A stretch of DNA of 64,000 nucleotides from Thermoplasmata archaeon. Its GTDB lineage: Archaea; Thermoplasmatota; Thermoplasmata; Thermoplasmatales; Thermoplasmataceae. A program made the position numbers and the translations under genes. The notes beneath the pieces were generated by a model. That model had not been told where the DNA came from. It did no database searches and worked only from the letters and a program-made list of their open reading frames with translations. Shown here one piece after another: positions 41,369 through 51,767 of the stretch. Within the stretch, counting starts at the first letter, position 1. Every line of letters starts with the position of its first letter. Where the stretch lies: assembly GCA_021820405.1 (NCBI GenBank), contig JAKADQ010000001.1:2783-66782 (forward strand), in the 5' to 3' direction.

Positions 41369-41974
41369 TTACTTGCGTTTGAAACTCCTGTTGAATCTAC
41401 GAATCTCCAAAAAAGATATTCCTGTAAATATCCCTGTTGCAGCAACGGAAGCCAGGAAGGGATAAACATACAATGTGGAAGTCGGCCTGATCACAATAGT
41501 AATAAAATGGCCGGAAGATCCAATTTCTGAAAGAATACTGGAAAGGTTTTCCATCTCTGAGGCTGGCATAACAATATAGAACACTGCAGTTACATTATAT
41601 GTGCCGGGCCTTAGGGATAATTTCAAGTTCCCTACGCTGCCATAGCTAAGGTTGTTTACAACTAACCTGGTACTTGAATGTGTTGAATTGATGTAAACAA
41701 CAAACTCATCCATTATTGGGTGAATTGTGCTATTTATCTTAAGCCCATCGTAATAGGAAATCACACCTCCATTTCCGTAGGAAACTATTTGCTCTGTGGA
41801 TAACAATGACACCGGAACCTTTATCGATAATGTACTGTTACAATAATCGAGATAGGTTGAGGTATGTATCCTGACAGGTGAATTTTGTGCATCAGAATAA
41901 TACCAAAGGCTTGAAAACAATACCATGAATGCCATAGAAATAACTGCCAGCCTCATAAACTGCTTCCACCTCAT
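41369..41974 (-). CDS. Exported protein with C-terminal TM anchor
   Basis: N-terminal hydrophobic segment, beta-rich middle, C-terminal TM plus basic tail; last gene of the ABC cassette. Confidence 0.75.
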   Translation of the reverse strand: MRWKQFMRLAVISMAFMVLFSSLWYYSDAQNSPVRIHTSTYLDYCNSTLSIKVPVSLLSTEQIVSYGNGGVISYYDGLKINSTIHPIMDEFVVYINSTHSSTRLVVNNLSYGSVGNLKLSLRPGTYNVTAVFYIVMPASEMENLSSILSEIGSSGHFITIVIRPTSTLYVYPFLASVAATGIFTGISFLEIRRFNRSFKRK

Positions 41975-41978
41975 GTCC

Positions 41979-42707
41979 TCACCTCCTCACAGGTTTGATG
42001 CCCCTTCTTTCAACCACTTTTATAGACAATGCAAACAGCAAAATGCCCATAACTAATTCCAATATGGCACCTTCCACAAAAACATTCGAAAATGGATGAT
42101 AAGATCCTACATATGAGAATCCGGCAAGAGCGTAAAAAATAGGATTGTTTTTGGCATTATTTCCAAGGAATTGGGGCAAAATGAAGAAGAATAATGCAAA
42201 GAACGAACCTGCAGATACAACCGGATTTCTTATGGAGGAGCCGAAAAGAAGGCTTGCACCCAGGAAAAGTACTGAGAAGGAAACTAGATAGAAAGCCATT
42301 TCTGCAAAGACCGCCGGGAACACTGAGAATTCAAAGAAATAGACGTTAACAGTGAAAATTAATGCAGTGATAATTGTGGGATACAATACGGCCCAAAGGA
42401 ACATATATGCCAGTATGCTTTTCACACTCCTGCCTAATGCCACAAGTGTCAGGATCTTTCCGTTTTCCAGAAAACTAATTACCATAAAACTATTAAAAGA
42501 TAGAACCAATAGATAAGAAAAGTAGATAGCATCTAAAATATCACCAGTAAAATGATATATATTTGGAGAAGAAAATGTGGGTTGCATGCCTAAAAGGTAG
42601 ATTGATGAGTAATTAGCGAAAAAAACAGAAAAAACAATAATCAATTCCACCAGAAAGAACGGATCCATCTCAATGCTTATTAGCCTGATCAGGGGAAATT
42701 TACTCAT
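41979..42707 (-). CDS. ABC-2 type exporter permease
   Basis: Six TM; ENGKILTLVALG loop; overlaps the ATPase gene. Confidence 0.8.
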   Translation of the reverse strand: MSKFPLIRLISIEMDPFFLVELIIVFSVFFANYSSIYLLGMQPTFSSPNIYHFTGDILDAIYFSYLLVLSFNSFMVISFLENGKILTLVALGRSVKSILAYMFLWAVLYPTIITALIFTVNVYFFEFSVFPAVFAEMAFYLVSFSVLFLGASLLFGSSIRNPVVSAGSFFALFFFILPQFLGNNAKNNPIFYALAGFSYVGSYHPFSNVFVEGAILELVMGILLFALSIKVVERRGIKPVRR

Positions 42708-43569
42708 AGATCTTCACCATTTCTTCCGGTATGAGAAAATAAGAAACAATAACAATCCCCTTCTCAGATGCTATTTCTGCGCATCTCTTTATATTCAATG
42801 AAGTGAAAATAGCATCATTCATCAAAGTTGCTCCCTTATCCTCTTCCTTGATGGCAACTATCACCAGATCATTGTTGCTTGTACGCAGCACGCTCATATA
42901 GGATGGCTTCCCGGTTTCTGCTGAAAATCTTGCGCTGCCCTTGTCCAGTACCAGTATCTTGTCATAAATAGTCATCATTTCATCAAGAACATGGGTTGAA
43001 ATCAGGAATGTGCTACCTGACCTATCCGCTTTTTGCCGGATAGCAGTGGATACCAGTGAACGCTTATTGACATCCAAATTGGAATTTGGTTCGTCAAGAA
43101 TGAAAATCGAGGAATCTGTGCTAAGATAGCATGCAATCATCACAAGCTGCATTTCACCCTGGCTCAAGGATTGAAAGGTGGCAGGCAACACATAATCCAC
43201 TCGAAATAGATGGAGGTAGTCAACTATGCGCTCCGTGCCAGTACCTTTTAAGGATGCGAACCAGTAGATGTGTTCTCTCACTAATGATCCACCCAATACA
43301 GAGGGTTTTTCAGTCATGAAAGCAACCTCACTCATGGCTTGCCTGTGTCTTTTCCAAGAGTCAATTCCGTTTAAGGTGGCTATGCCTCTGTCCGGCTTTA
43401 TTATACCGCTAATAAGGTAGAAGAGAGTGCTCTTTCCTGCACCGTTTTCCCCAACAAGAAGATTCACGCCCCCACTCAGGGTAAAGCCCACATCGTCCAA
43501 AACCTTGCGTTTTTTGAATTCCTTTGTAACATTTCTGCACGCAATTGCTTCAAAGGATCCGGATCCCAT
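42700..43569 (-). CDS. ABC transporter ATP-binding protein
   Basis: GENGAGKST, LSQGE, ILDEP, STH. Confidence 0.95.
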   Translation of the reverse strand: MGSGSFEAIACRNVTKEFKKRKVLDDVGFTLSGGVNLLVGENGAGKSTLFYLISGIIKPDRGIATLNGIDSWKRHRQAMSEVAFMTEKPSVLGGSLVREHIYWFASLKGTGTERIVDYLHLFRVDYVLPATFQSLSQGEMQLVMIACYLSTDSSIFILDEPNSNLDVNKRSLVSTAIRQKADRSGSTFLISTHVLDEMMTIYDKILVLDKGSARFSAETGKPSYMSVLRTSNNDLVIVAIKEEDKGATLMNDAIFTSLNIKRCAEIASEKGIVIVSYFLIPEEMVKIYE

Positions 43570-43570
43570 T

Positions 43571-44425
43571 TTATTTCCTCCTTTTTAATGAAGCCCTTCT
43601 AAATATGGAGACCATGTAGATTACACCAAAAACCCAAATTATTGCTACCACAGTAACATATTGTGTGACGTAATGTGACACATTAAGTGTTTCAACTGCG
43701 ACATTTGTGTTTCTTAGGGAAATATAGAGTAGACTCACATTAGACACAGATGTTGAACCAAATAACTGAGAAATAACAGTGGAATTACCTGTGAAACAGA
43801 TATGGCTGAGAAATGAATGTGATTGGGTTCCAATGTAATATACTGAGTTCGCACCCAAGGTACGGGAAAGATTTCCCAAAAAGCCTGATGGCTGTTGCGG
43901 CACATTTATCAGTTTTACCTCCTGCGAGGTGGAATAGAGTGTCTCTCCTCTGCCAACATTTATTTCCGAGTACACATTGGAAGTGCCATTACATTGGCCT
44001 GTGTTGTTGAAGACGTTTACAAATCCCCCTTCTTTTCCAAGGCCTGAAGGAAAGAAAGACTCGAGAAGTTTGGAATTTTCTCCCGCCTTTAAAACAAACG
44101 AATCCGCAAGAATGGTTTTATCTACCCCGCAATCACTAAACAACTTCACAGAGAATGTGGCGTAACCATTATCCATTGTAACATTTATGTAGCTATTAGT
44201 AAAATTAGAATTGCCAATAAGATTGCTAACGGAATTATCACGATAAAAATTTATTTGGCCGCCTATCACATCCATCTCGTAACTGTATGTGGCACCAGGA
44301 CTTACGGCTCCCTGAACAAGTGAACTGTTCTGGCTAAAGGCCTCAAGAAGAGGGGTGAAAATGAGCGCCACGGAAACAATCACAAGTATGGACATAAGCA
44401 ATATTAGAAATCTCTTCAACTTCAT
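43571..44425 (-). CDS. Exported protein with C-terminal TM anchor
   Basis: Signal-like N-terminus, N/S-rich domain, C-terminal TM plus RRASLKRRK. Confidence 0.75.
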   Translation of the reverse strand: MKLKRFLILLMSILVIVSVALIFTPLLEAFSQNSSLVQGAVSPGATYSYEMDVIGGQINFYRDNSVSNLIGNSNFTNSYINVTMDNGYATFSVKLFSDCGVDKTILADSFVLKAGENSKLLESFFPSGLGKEGGFVNVFNNTGQCNGTSNVYSEINVGRGETLYSTSQEVKLINVPQQPSGFLGNLSRTLGANSVYYIGTQSHSFLSHICFTGNSTVISQLFGSTSVSNVSLLYISLRNTNVAVETLNVSHYVTQYVTVVAIIWVFGVIYMVSIFRRASLKRRK

Positions 44426-44909
44426 TTTTCATACCTTCCCATTGATCGTATCTGAAATGAGTTATATAAGATAAAAGTTTGTTTATTTATAAATTTTGGG
44501 CCAACAGTCTTTTGTGGGCAGGAGATTAATAATTACGTAGTTCCACCACAAAACAATAGCTCATAGAAGAGTTGTCATTTTGAATAGATTAGTTCCCGAC
44601 TGAAATTAACGTAGATTAAGCAAAATTCTGATAATATGAAATAAATTTTCGTAGGTCAACCAACCACCAGTGCTGTGAATTAACATTTTTGCAGCGGGTT
44701 CATCTTTTCAAGGACGCTATTAAAATATAAGATCCATTGAAATTTGTTCGGTCACTAAATACAAATTATCTGGGAATTATGCATGATTGGGGTAGCAGCT
44801 TAGTACCATTTTGACTGGAATGCTTGATTCTTGAAATAATGATAATAACTGATTGCTTGCTGTCGTTAATTTTTAATCCGGGATTGATGTTTTAAAATTA
44901 TATAATTTC

Positions 44910-45248
44910 CTATTCAATGTCGAGTTCCACATCATATCCGAGAGATCTGAAGGCTGCGGTTTTGTCCCTGATAAACTGTTTTAGTTCATCGCTTATTCTG
45001 TTGAATGCAAGCGTCATCTTTTTTTTGTTCATGTTAACAACCACAAAGCCCAGGGTTTTATCTTCTGGCATTATCTCGTCTGTTCTCGCAAAATCCCTAA
45101 TAAAATCATCCATATATTCATTGACGTACTCCGATCCAAGCATTTCAAAAAGAAAATTTAGGGAATCATTGAATCTGGACATCTCAACACAAATGGTTGA
45201 TGGGTGGCCCTCACTGAGGGTCATATTATACATGGCACACTCGGTCAT
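44910..45248 (-). CDS. Hypothetical protein
   Basis: 112-aa acidic ORF starting 4 nt after the peroxiredoxin stop. Confidence 0.75.
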   Translation of the reverse strand: MTECAMYNMTLSEGHPSTICVEMSRFNDSLNFLFEMLGSEYVNEYMDDFIRDFARTDEIMPEDKTLGFVVVNMNKKKMTLAFNRISDELKQFIRDKTAAFRSLGYDVELDIE

Positions 45249-45252
45249 CTGA

Positions 45253-45861
45253 TCATTTCACTCTTTTGAGGTACCATCTCTCTGCACCCTGTTTTTCTCT
45301 GTTGTAACTCTCTTCGAGCGTTACAGGTGCACCCATGACACCCTCTTCACCCTCCTGCCAGTTGACAGGTGTTGCGAGTTTCTTATCCCAGTTGAATTTT
45401 AGAGCTTTTATGACCCTTATGATCTCATTTACATTTCTTCCCACTTCTGCGGGGTAGTACGCAATCCACCTTACCTTCTGGTTTGGGTCTATGATGAATA
45501 CTCCTCTTACTGTTAATCCATCCTCAGGGTTAATGACATTGAATTCTGAAGCCACTTCCTTGTTTATATCTGCTATTATGGGAAATGGGATCTCGACTCC
45601 GTACTTTTCCTTTATATCTCTCATCCAGGCTATATGACTGTATATGCTGTCAATGCTTAATCCTATAAGATTCACATCTAATTTCTGGAAGTCAGCATAT
45701 CGCTCAGTAAATCCAAGAAATTCTGTGGTGCATACAGGTGTAAAATCAGCTGGATGCGAGAACAGAAGAACCCATTTTCCTTTAAAGGAAGACAGGGTTA
45801 GAGGGCCTTTCGTCGTGTTTACCGTGAAATCCGGCGCTTTTTGTCCTAATGCTATTGGCAT
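45253..45861 (-). CDS. Peroxiredoxin (1-Cys/Prx6 type)
   Basis: FSHPADFTPVCTTE, VRGVFIIDP, TPVNW. Confidence 0.96.
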   Translation of the reverse strand: MPIALGQKAPDFTVNTTKGPLTLSSFKGKWVLLFSHPADFTPVCTTEFLGFTERYADFQKLDVNLIGLSIDSIYSHIAWMRDIKEKYGVEIPFPIIADINKEVASEFNVINPEDGLTVRGVFIIDPNQKVRWIAYYPAEVGRNVNEIIRVIKALKFNWDKKLATPVNWQEGEEGVMGAPVTLEESYNREKQGAERWYLKRVK

Positions 45862-45948
45862 TTAATCACCAGTAAGACGATATTATTAACTTTATTAACC
45901 ACATTCATAAGATGCAAAAAACGCATCAACCAATCATTTTAAATATCA

Positions 45949-47064
45949 CTAACTGTGATTTTTACCTGCCACTTTGATGTCACGGCCATCTGGAAACGGG
46001 TCTTCTATATCCCACTCCTCCATCATGGAGCACCATGGACATGTTTTCATGCCATTCTCATAATAAATATGTGTACTTGATCTGTTGCATACTTCAAAAT
46101 TTTCATGCCTTAGTTCATATATTTTTTGCAATACTTTTCTCCATTCAGTAAAATCAGGCCTGACCATGGGGCTTTTTAGGCCATATACAAAGGCTCTGAC
46201 AAATAATGGTTTAATTGGATCTGGGATCGTGAATTCTGGAGGTGATCCGAACTGTCTGGTCCCGGTGCCACCAAAGTATGGGGAATTTCCTATCTTTATG
46301 TTATCAGTTTCAGTATATTCCGGATTTTCCCTGAAAATACCCCTGAAAGGATGGTAGCCAAGCATCAGAATCCTGAATATAAGCACGGCGAAGGAAAACC
46401 TCCATGAGACGTCATCCACGTTGCCCATTTTTTTCATTAATAGCCTCTCCGGTGCAGTATATTCGGGGTTGCCAACTATTCTACCAAATTCATTCTCTTT
46501 TCTTATCAAAAAGGAGTCGCAATCAATGAGTGCGACTCGCATATCCTTATCGACCAGTATGTTGGACGGGCTCAGGTCAGGAACGATATAGCCCTTTTTC
46601 CATATGTCTTCCATTATTATGCTTAAGTTTAGGGATATCATAAAAAGGCTGCTCCACATCCTGAGGTTAACCCATCCGTGTTCCGTTATGAGCTCCGACC
46701 TGGTTTCTGAGGTATAAACATTTTCAAGCATCTGCATATCATCAAATCGCTTCATGGTGAAGCCAACGAAATTTTCAGGATCTGGATGGCCATCGTAAAG
46801 TATTGATTCAGGCCATGCAAGACCCTCGATCCTTTCGGGCATTTTAATCATCATTTTTCTTATTTTTTCCATTCTTAACTTTCTAAGCCTTTTATTTTCC
46901 AGGCTGCCGTCAGCATAAATTTTTGCAAATTTTTCAGGTTGGCCCACTATTTCATGTATTTCGCCCTCTCCTCCTGAGTGGATCTTATCTCCAAGCCGGA
47001 TGAAATTTGAAATCTCACGGCCATCAGGGAAAACTTTCAATATGGTGAGTCTTTTGGCCTGCAT
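45949..47064 (-). CDS. Ser/Thr protein kinase, YegI/TerY-P type
   Basis: SGGEG, AKIY, AWP, DLSPSNILV, LIDCDSF, EYTAPE, HPFRG, C-terminal C..H..CPWC. Confidence 0.9.
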   Translation of the reverse strand: MQAKRLTILKVFPDGREISNFIRLGDKIHSGGEGEIHEIVGQPEKFAKIYADGSLENKRLRKLRMEKIRKMMIKMPERIEGLAWPESILYDGHPDPENFVGFTMKRFDDMQMLENVYTSETRSELITEHGWVNLRMWSSLFMISLNLSIIMEDIWKKGYIVPDLSPSNILVDKDMRVALIDCDSFLIRKENEFGRIVGNPEYTAPERLLMKKMGNVDDVSWRFSFAVLIFRILMLGYHPFRGIFRENPEYTETDNIKIGNSPYFGGTGTRQFGSPPEFTIPDPIKPLFVRAFVYGLKSPMVRPDFTEWRKVLQKIYELRHENFEVCNRSSTHIYYENGMKTCPWCSMMEEWDIEDPFPDGRDIKVAGKNHS

Positions 47065-47801
47065 TAGTTTTCACCACTGTAATAAATTACGCCAAAGGTT
47101 TTGTCATCGGAGGAAATGTTTTTGAATCTCTGGCTTTCGAGCATTTCCTTTATGTCTGCTGACATTTCTTCCGAAGATGAATTCTCCTCAGTGAAGGATG
47201 CCATAGTTTCAAAAAAATCCTTGAAGGGAAAAAACTTTGAACTTCTCTTTTCGAGAATTGCATTCTGAATTCCATCAGTGAACGCGAAAAGCATATCATA
47301 ATCTCTGAAAGTTGCGGTTCTCAGAAATTTCATATAGGAAGAGGATGTCAAAAAAACCGTTTCATTTGCATATTCAGTTACCATAGGTTCCGATAGTGTA
47401 TAGAAATTATCCCCCTTTCTTCCGACAACCCCTCCATCACCTATATGTGCGATTCTGATCCTATTTCCATAAGAAATGATAACAATCAAAGTCGTGGCAT
47501 AATCTCTGAATTCGTAACCATCAAGTACTGCGTAGTGTGCAATACTATTTCTTGCATATTTTACCATATTTATTAAATTCACCCTCTCTGGAAATCCTCT
47601 CTCCCTGAGGTATTCCATCACAGACCTTACTGCTACCCTCGAACCTGCTCCCCCTCTGGCTGCACTGCCGGCACCGTCTCCAAGTGCCATAATAGCACAT
47701 TTATCAGTCCTCATAAAATATATATAATCCTGGCACTCCGTGTTTGACGCAATATGTGAAGATCCCTGAACACTCGATCCCGCCAGAATGAATTTTTTCA
47801 T
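47064..47801 (-). CDS. PP2C-family phosphatase, YegK/TerY-P type
   Basis: SVQGSSH...CQD, DGAGSA, ATTL, IGDG, EYANETVFLT, TDG, DDKT. Confidence 0.92.
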   Translation of the reverse strand: MKKFILAGSSVQGSSHIASNTECQDYIYFMRTDKCAIMALGDGAGSAARGGAGSRVAVRSVMEYLRERGFPERVNLINMVKYARNSIAHYAVLDGYEFRDYATTLIVIISYGNRIRIAHIGDGGVVGRKGDNFYTLSEPMVTEYANETVFLTSSSYMKFLRTATFRDYDMLFAFTDGIQNAILEKRSSKFFPFKDFFETMASFTEENSSSEEMSADIKEMLESQRFKNISSDDKTFGVIYYSGEN

Positions 47802-48511
47802 TTTGCTACTCTCTTTCCCCAGCTGTCTGTTGGATCTAGTTTGATCTGCTCAGACGTACTGCTCCTAGAAGTTGATGCAATACTTTTGCTTAGCCAGTCA
47901 AACATTTCGTTGAATTTTTGCTCCTGCATCCTTATGGGGGGCTCCACCGAAATCTGGCCAAGTATTTCCATATCTGCCTCGTCAATTCCGACCGCAAAAA
48001 AGAGAAACTTACCGTTTTTTACTCCATCGTGCACTTTTTCTGTTACAACATTCCACTCAGTCTTCATCTGTTCGTTCCCTTCTGGATGCATATCCGTAGG
48101 TGATCCATCAGTCATAAGCCAGATCCAGGGCCTGAAATACTGAATTCCATTCTTACTGTACTCTAGTTTTCTCTCTTCTATTTGTGAAATCGCAAATAGA
48201 ATAGCCTCGCCCATAGAGGTTTTTCCCTCTGGTTTCATAATAAGAGAATTCTCATCAACGACGTCTACAGTTGAAAATGGCAAAATTTGCCTGACACTAT
48301 CACTGAAAGAAACCACAGAAATCTCAACTCTTTTTCGCGCAAGATCATCCTTTCTTAGATCTTTCAAGAATTTTTTGAGGCCTTTCTTGAGTGCTTCTGA
48401 AGGTTCACCTTCCATTGAACCGGAACTATCTAGCAACAGTACAACCGGGCATTTTGGTTCAGATGGATATCTGAGTGGAATTGCAGAAGATTCCAGTTTC
48501 TTTCTAAACAT
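47798..48511 (-). CDS. vWA domain protein, TerY/YegL type
   Basis: PVVLLLDSSGSM (MIDAS), TSMGEA, YFRPWIWLMTDGSPTD, FDWLSKS. Confidence 0.92.
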   Translation of the reverse strand: MFRKKLESSAIPLRYPSEPKCPVVLLLDSSGSMEGEPSEALKKGLKKFLKDLRKDDLARKRVEISVVSFSDSVRQILPFSTVDVVDENSLIMKPEGKTSMGEAILFAISQIEERKLEYSKNGIQYFRPWIWLMTDGSPTDMHPEGNEQMKTEWNVVTEKVHDGVKNGKFLFFAVGIDEADMEILGQISVEPPIRMQEQKFNEMFDWLSKSIASTSRSSTSEQIKLDPTDSWGKRVAK

Positions 48512-48571
48512 GGTAAGATAAATTTAAAAGCATATAATAATGTTTTCAGATATTCAAAGCAAGAAACTTCA

Positions 48572-50047
48572 TTATCTGTAGCCATCAGCATATGGGAAAG
48601 ATGGTCCACCGTAGTATCCAGACATCTTCTGGGAGGCGGTTGCCTCACTAGATATGGCATTTCCCATATTCCCATAGACTTTTGCTATCTTTTCCTCAAC
48701 TGGCATATATATTTTTAAAGCCTCAACAACATCTTCTTTCTCTATCAACTCATGTCTCATTGAAACTGCAATATCACCAGCAGCTCTCACTAGGCCACCA
48801 AGTTCTCTTAACCTGAGTGTCAGTGAATTCTCCTTCCCGTCCACAATCAAAGCTCTCCTTTTCCCTTCCTCAATTATTAGGTATGCTCCTTCAACAGTCA
48901 TATGAGGTATCTTACCGTCACTGTTAATTTCCTGGGATATAAATTGCAGATATCTGTATGCGTTTTTTTCATTATAGGGCATTGTAACTTCCATCAATAC
49001 CTCATAACCGTTTCCGGATATTCTTGATCTCAGCGGACTCAATATTTGTGGAAGATCCTGTATATTGCATGCTGCCACAAGTATAAAGTCAGTGGGCACA
49101 TTATCCACCCTGACACTGGCACCTGCACTTTGCGGATTTCGGCCTGTAATAGGGAATTTCTTTTCTTGCATTGCCGTTAGAATTGATCTCTGAAGATCGC
49201 CGAGATGTGTTATCTCATCAATAAACAGAACGCCCTCATGGGCCTCATGCACTGCACCAGCAATAACTCTCTCGTAAGGGCTTGTCCCTAACTGGGGGTG
49301 TCCACCATAGGGATCATGCCTTACATCCCCAAGAAGTTCAGTCTCGCTTGCTCCGGTTGCCAGAATAAACGTGTTTCTGTTTATTGGCACAATGACCTTG
49401 CTTGGGCTCTTTCTATCCATCTTTCGCTTTCTTTCAAGGGTCTTTTCGTCCAGAACTCTAATGAATTCATTGGCTCTCTCATACTCAATTACTTCTTCTT
49501 TTTCTCCCACCTTTCTTGTCGTAGTTACCCGCTCGGAATTATTTTGCACGCCCAGCGCCTGTCCAAGAACATTAAACATATCCCCAAAGGGACCCTGGTT
49601 AACATTCTGAACCTTTGCCTGGCCACATCTTGGGCAGGTCGTTTCATTATAGCTTGAAACGAAACCACAGCGTGTGCATTTATAGCCCAAGCGTTCAGCC
49701 ACGTCTGACGGTACCTCTTCGGGGTTTACCAGATAACCTTCTGCTGCATTCATATCCTCCTCTTCCTGTTCAACCTGGGTCCTGCTTTTGATTTCGACGA
49801 AAGGCCTTTCAGGATATCTCGGATTATGTATTACTCTGATCTCGTGATCTGGTTTCTGAATAAGGAAAGACATGGCCTGTGCAATCATTGATTTACCAAC
49901 TCCTGGGGGACCCACGAGCAGAAGATTCCTTCTCTGCTTAGCTGCAACCATAGCTATTCTGACAGCCTCATCCTGGCCTATAACCCTCTCGAGCGGGTCA
50001 GATGGTATCTTCACATCCATTGTTGTAGTTATATTTTCAAATTTCAA
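48572..50047 (-). CDS. LonB-like AAA+ ATPase lacking the protease domain
   Basis: VIGQDEA, GPPGVGKS, LLGDVRHDP, GVLFIDE, PLRSRI, LRLRELGGLVR; ends without a Lon Ser-Lys domain. Confidence 0.88.
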   Translation of the reverse strand: MKFENITTTMDVKIPSDPLERVIGQDEAVRIAMVAAKQRRNLLLVGPPGVGKSMIAQAMSFLIQKPDHEIRVIHNPRYPERPFVEIKSRTQVEQEEEDMNAAEGYLVNPEEVPSDVAERLGYKCTRCGFVSSYNETTCPRCGQAKVQNVNQGPFGDMFNVLGQALGVQNNSERVTTTRKVGEKEEVIEYERANEFIRVLDEKTLERKRKMDRKSPSKVIVPINRNTFILATGASETELLGDVRHDPYGGHPQLGTSPYERVIAGAVHEAHEGVLFIDEITHLGDLQRSILTAMQEKKFPITGRNPQSAGASVRVDNVPTDFILVAACNIQDLPQILSPLRSRISGNGYEVLMEVTMPYNEKNAYRYLQFISQEINSDGKIPHMTVEGAYLIIEEGKRRALIVDGKENSLTLRLRELGGLVRAAGDIAVSMRHELIEKEDVVEALKIYMPVEEKIAKVYGNMGNAISSEATASQKMSGYYGGPSFPYADGYR

Positions 50048-50050
50048 TTC

Positions 50051-51466
50051 TTACGCCTCTTCGAGTGGTACTACCTTCATATCCTCTGGTTTTTTAGTAA
50101 TATTTCCCCTTCTTACACCGTAAATGACTCTTGCCCCCTTCTTATGGCATATATCAATCAATCTCTGGGAAATAACACCACCAGTAAGGACATAGGAAAC
50201 CTTATCCATATTTTCAATCTTTTCGGGTGCTTCTGCTAGTGAGAAAGACCCGGAAGTCTTTCCCTCTTCGTCAAAGACTTCAGTTTCCTTTGAATTTAAG
50301 AGATAATTCAATTTTCTCTTTACATTATCCATATCTTCTGGAGAAAACTCCTTTTTTTGGTCTTCAGGTTCCGTTTTTGATTGATTCTGCATTACTTCTT
50401 CAACATCTTTTTTTGGCTGATTCTCCCTGTTTTCTTCTGAATGGTTTTCCCTTTGCTGAACCCTTTGATTTTCCCTCTGGTCTTTCATCTCCTCCCTTGA
50501 GTGCTGCTGTTCCCTCTGATGCTCATGGTGTTCTCTTTTTTCGTGGACTTCGTGGCTTTCATCATTTGTTGCTTCCTGTTTTTCCTTTTCATTTGATTTG
50601 TCGTTTCTTTCCTGGTAATTTTTCAAATCTTCGTTCATACCCTTCATTGCAAGATATTGTTCTGTTGGCGTCTTGTATCTTAACGCTTTTACTATCTGCT
50701 TATATGTCAGCTCCTCAACCTCAGTACCAGGAGGCGCTCTAGCCACAAAATCCACTTCTGCAACTTGGAGCATTTCCTTTAATATGAGGTCTCCTCCCCT
50801 ATCGCCATCCAGAAAAACCGTGGTTGTTCTCTCCTTTGAAAGTTTTTGAACAGTTTTTGGAATGTTTGTACCCTGAACGGCAATTGTGTTCTTTATTCCA
50901 TACTTCAACAGGTTAAGAACATCATTTCTTCCCTCAACAACTATAACCGCATCTGAATCCTTTATGGCAGGTCCTGCTGGAAGCCTATCTTCGCCGTAAG
51001 ATATGATCTCTCCCCTCTCCACTTCCTCTCTTACAGAAGCGATTATGCTTTCACTGACCGTTTTGCCTGACTCAGACATTCTTTTATAAAGCTGCTCAGC
51101 TCTTTCAATTACTTTCTTTCTTTTCTCCTGTCTTACATCCTCAACCTCTTCAACATCAACCTTAGCCTTGCACGGGCCAATTCGGTCAATGGTTTCCAGA
51201 GAAGCGGCGAGAATTGATGATTCTACCTGGTCAAGACCAGATGGTATTAGCACAGTTCCTTCGGTCCGTCCCTTCTTACTATCTATTTCAACTTCTATTC
51301 TCCCTATCTTTCCACTTTTTTGAAGATCTCTCAAATCAAGTTCTTCTCCAAGGAGACCCTCGGTCTGACCAAAAATTGCGCCAACTACATCCGGCTTTTC
51401 AACCACCCCATCTGCAATTATCTTTACCTTTATCAAATACTTCGTGATATTTGGATCTACATTCAT
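50051..51466 (-). CDS. dnaG: Archaeal DnaG-type primase / exosome-associated protein
   Basis: GVVEKPDVVGAIFGQTEGLLG, TOPRIM VVEGRNDV and DGDRGG. Confidence 0.96.
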   Translation of the reverse strand: MNVDPNITKYLIKVKIIADGVVEKPDVVGAIFGQTEGLLGEELDLRDLQKSGKIGRIEVEIDSKKGRTEGTVLIPSGLDQVESSILAASLETIDRIGPCKAKVDVEEVEDVRQEKRKKVIERAEQLYKRMSESGKTVSESIIASVREEVERGEIISYGEDRLPAGPAIKDSDAVIVVEGRNDVLNLLKYGIKNTIAVQGTNIPKTVQKLSKERTTTVFLDGDRGGDLILKEMLQVAEVDFVARAPPGTEVEELTYKQIVKALRYKTPTEQYLAMKGMNEDLKNYQERNDKSNEKEKQEATNDESHEVHEKREHHEHQREQQHSREEMKDQRENQRVQQRENHSEENRENQPKKDVEEVMQNQSKTEPEDQKKEFSPEDMDNVKRKLNYLLNSKETEVFDEEGKTSGSFSLAEAPEKIENMDKVSYVLTGGVISQRLIDICHKKGARVIYGVRRGNITKKPEDMKVVPLEEA

Positions 51467-51767
51467 TTATGTCACCTCTTGTTACTATGGGTCGAATTTT
51501 AATACCTTTCCATCTAACCCACTTTCCAAGCATCAAATATTAATTGCTTGTTCGTATTTAACTTTTTGAAAATTTACTGATATATTTTGCACATTTTTTA
51601 TTGCAACTAATATTTGAATTTTGAAATCGCTCACTTAGATTTCAATTTTACCTTGGAATGAATCATTGTTTGGTATATTGGATTTTCAACAAAATGTTGG
51701 GTTCCTTCCGATAGCAAGTAGATGATATGATCTGATTTACCCTTCAGGGTATATAAACTAATTAAGA

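Noticed and set aside
44917-45252. Plus-strand 111-aa ORF and similar antisense ORFs (e.g. 1054-1458, 8413-8901, 23163-23720, 33351-34091, 50227-50742)
   Set aside because: Shadow frames of well-supported genes on the opposite strand
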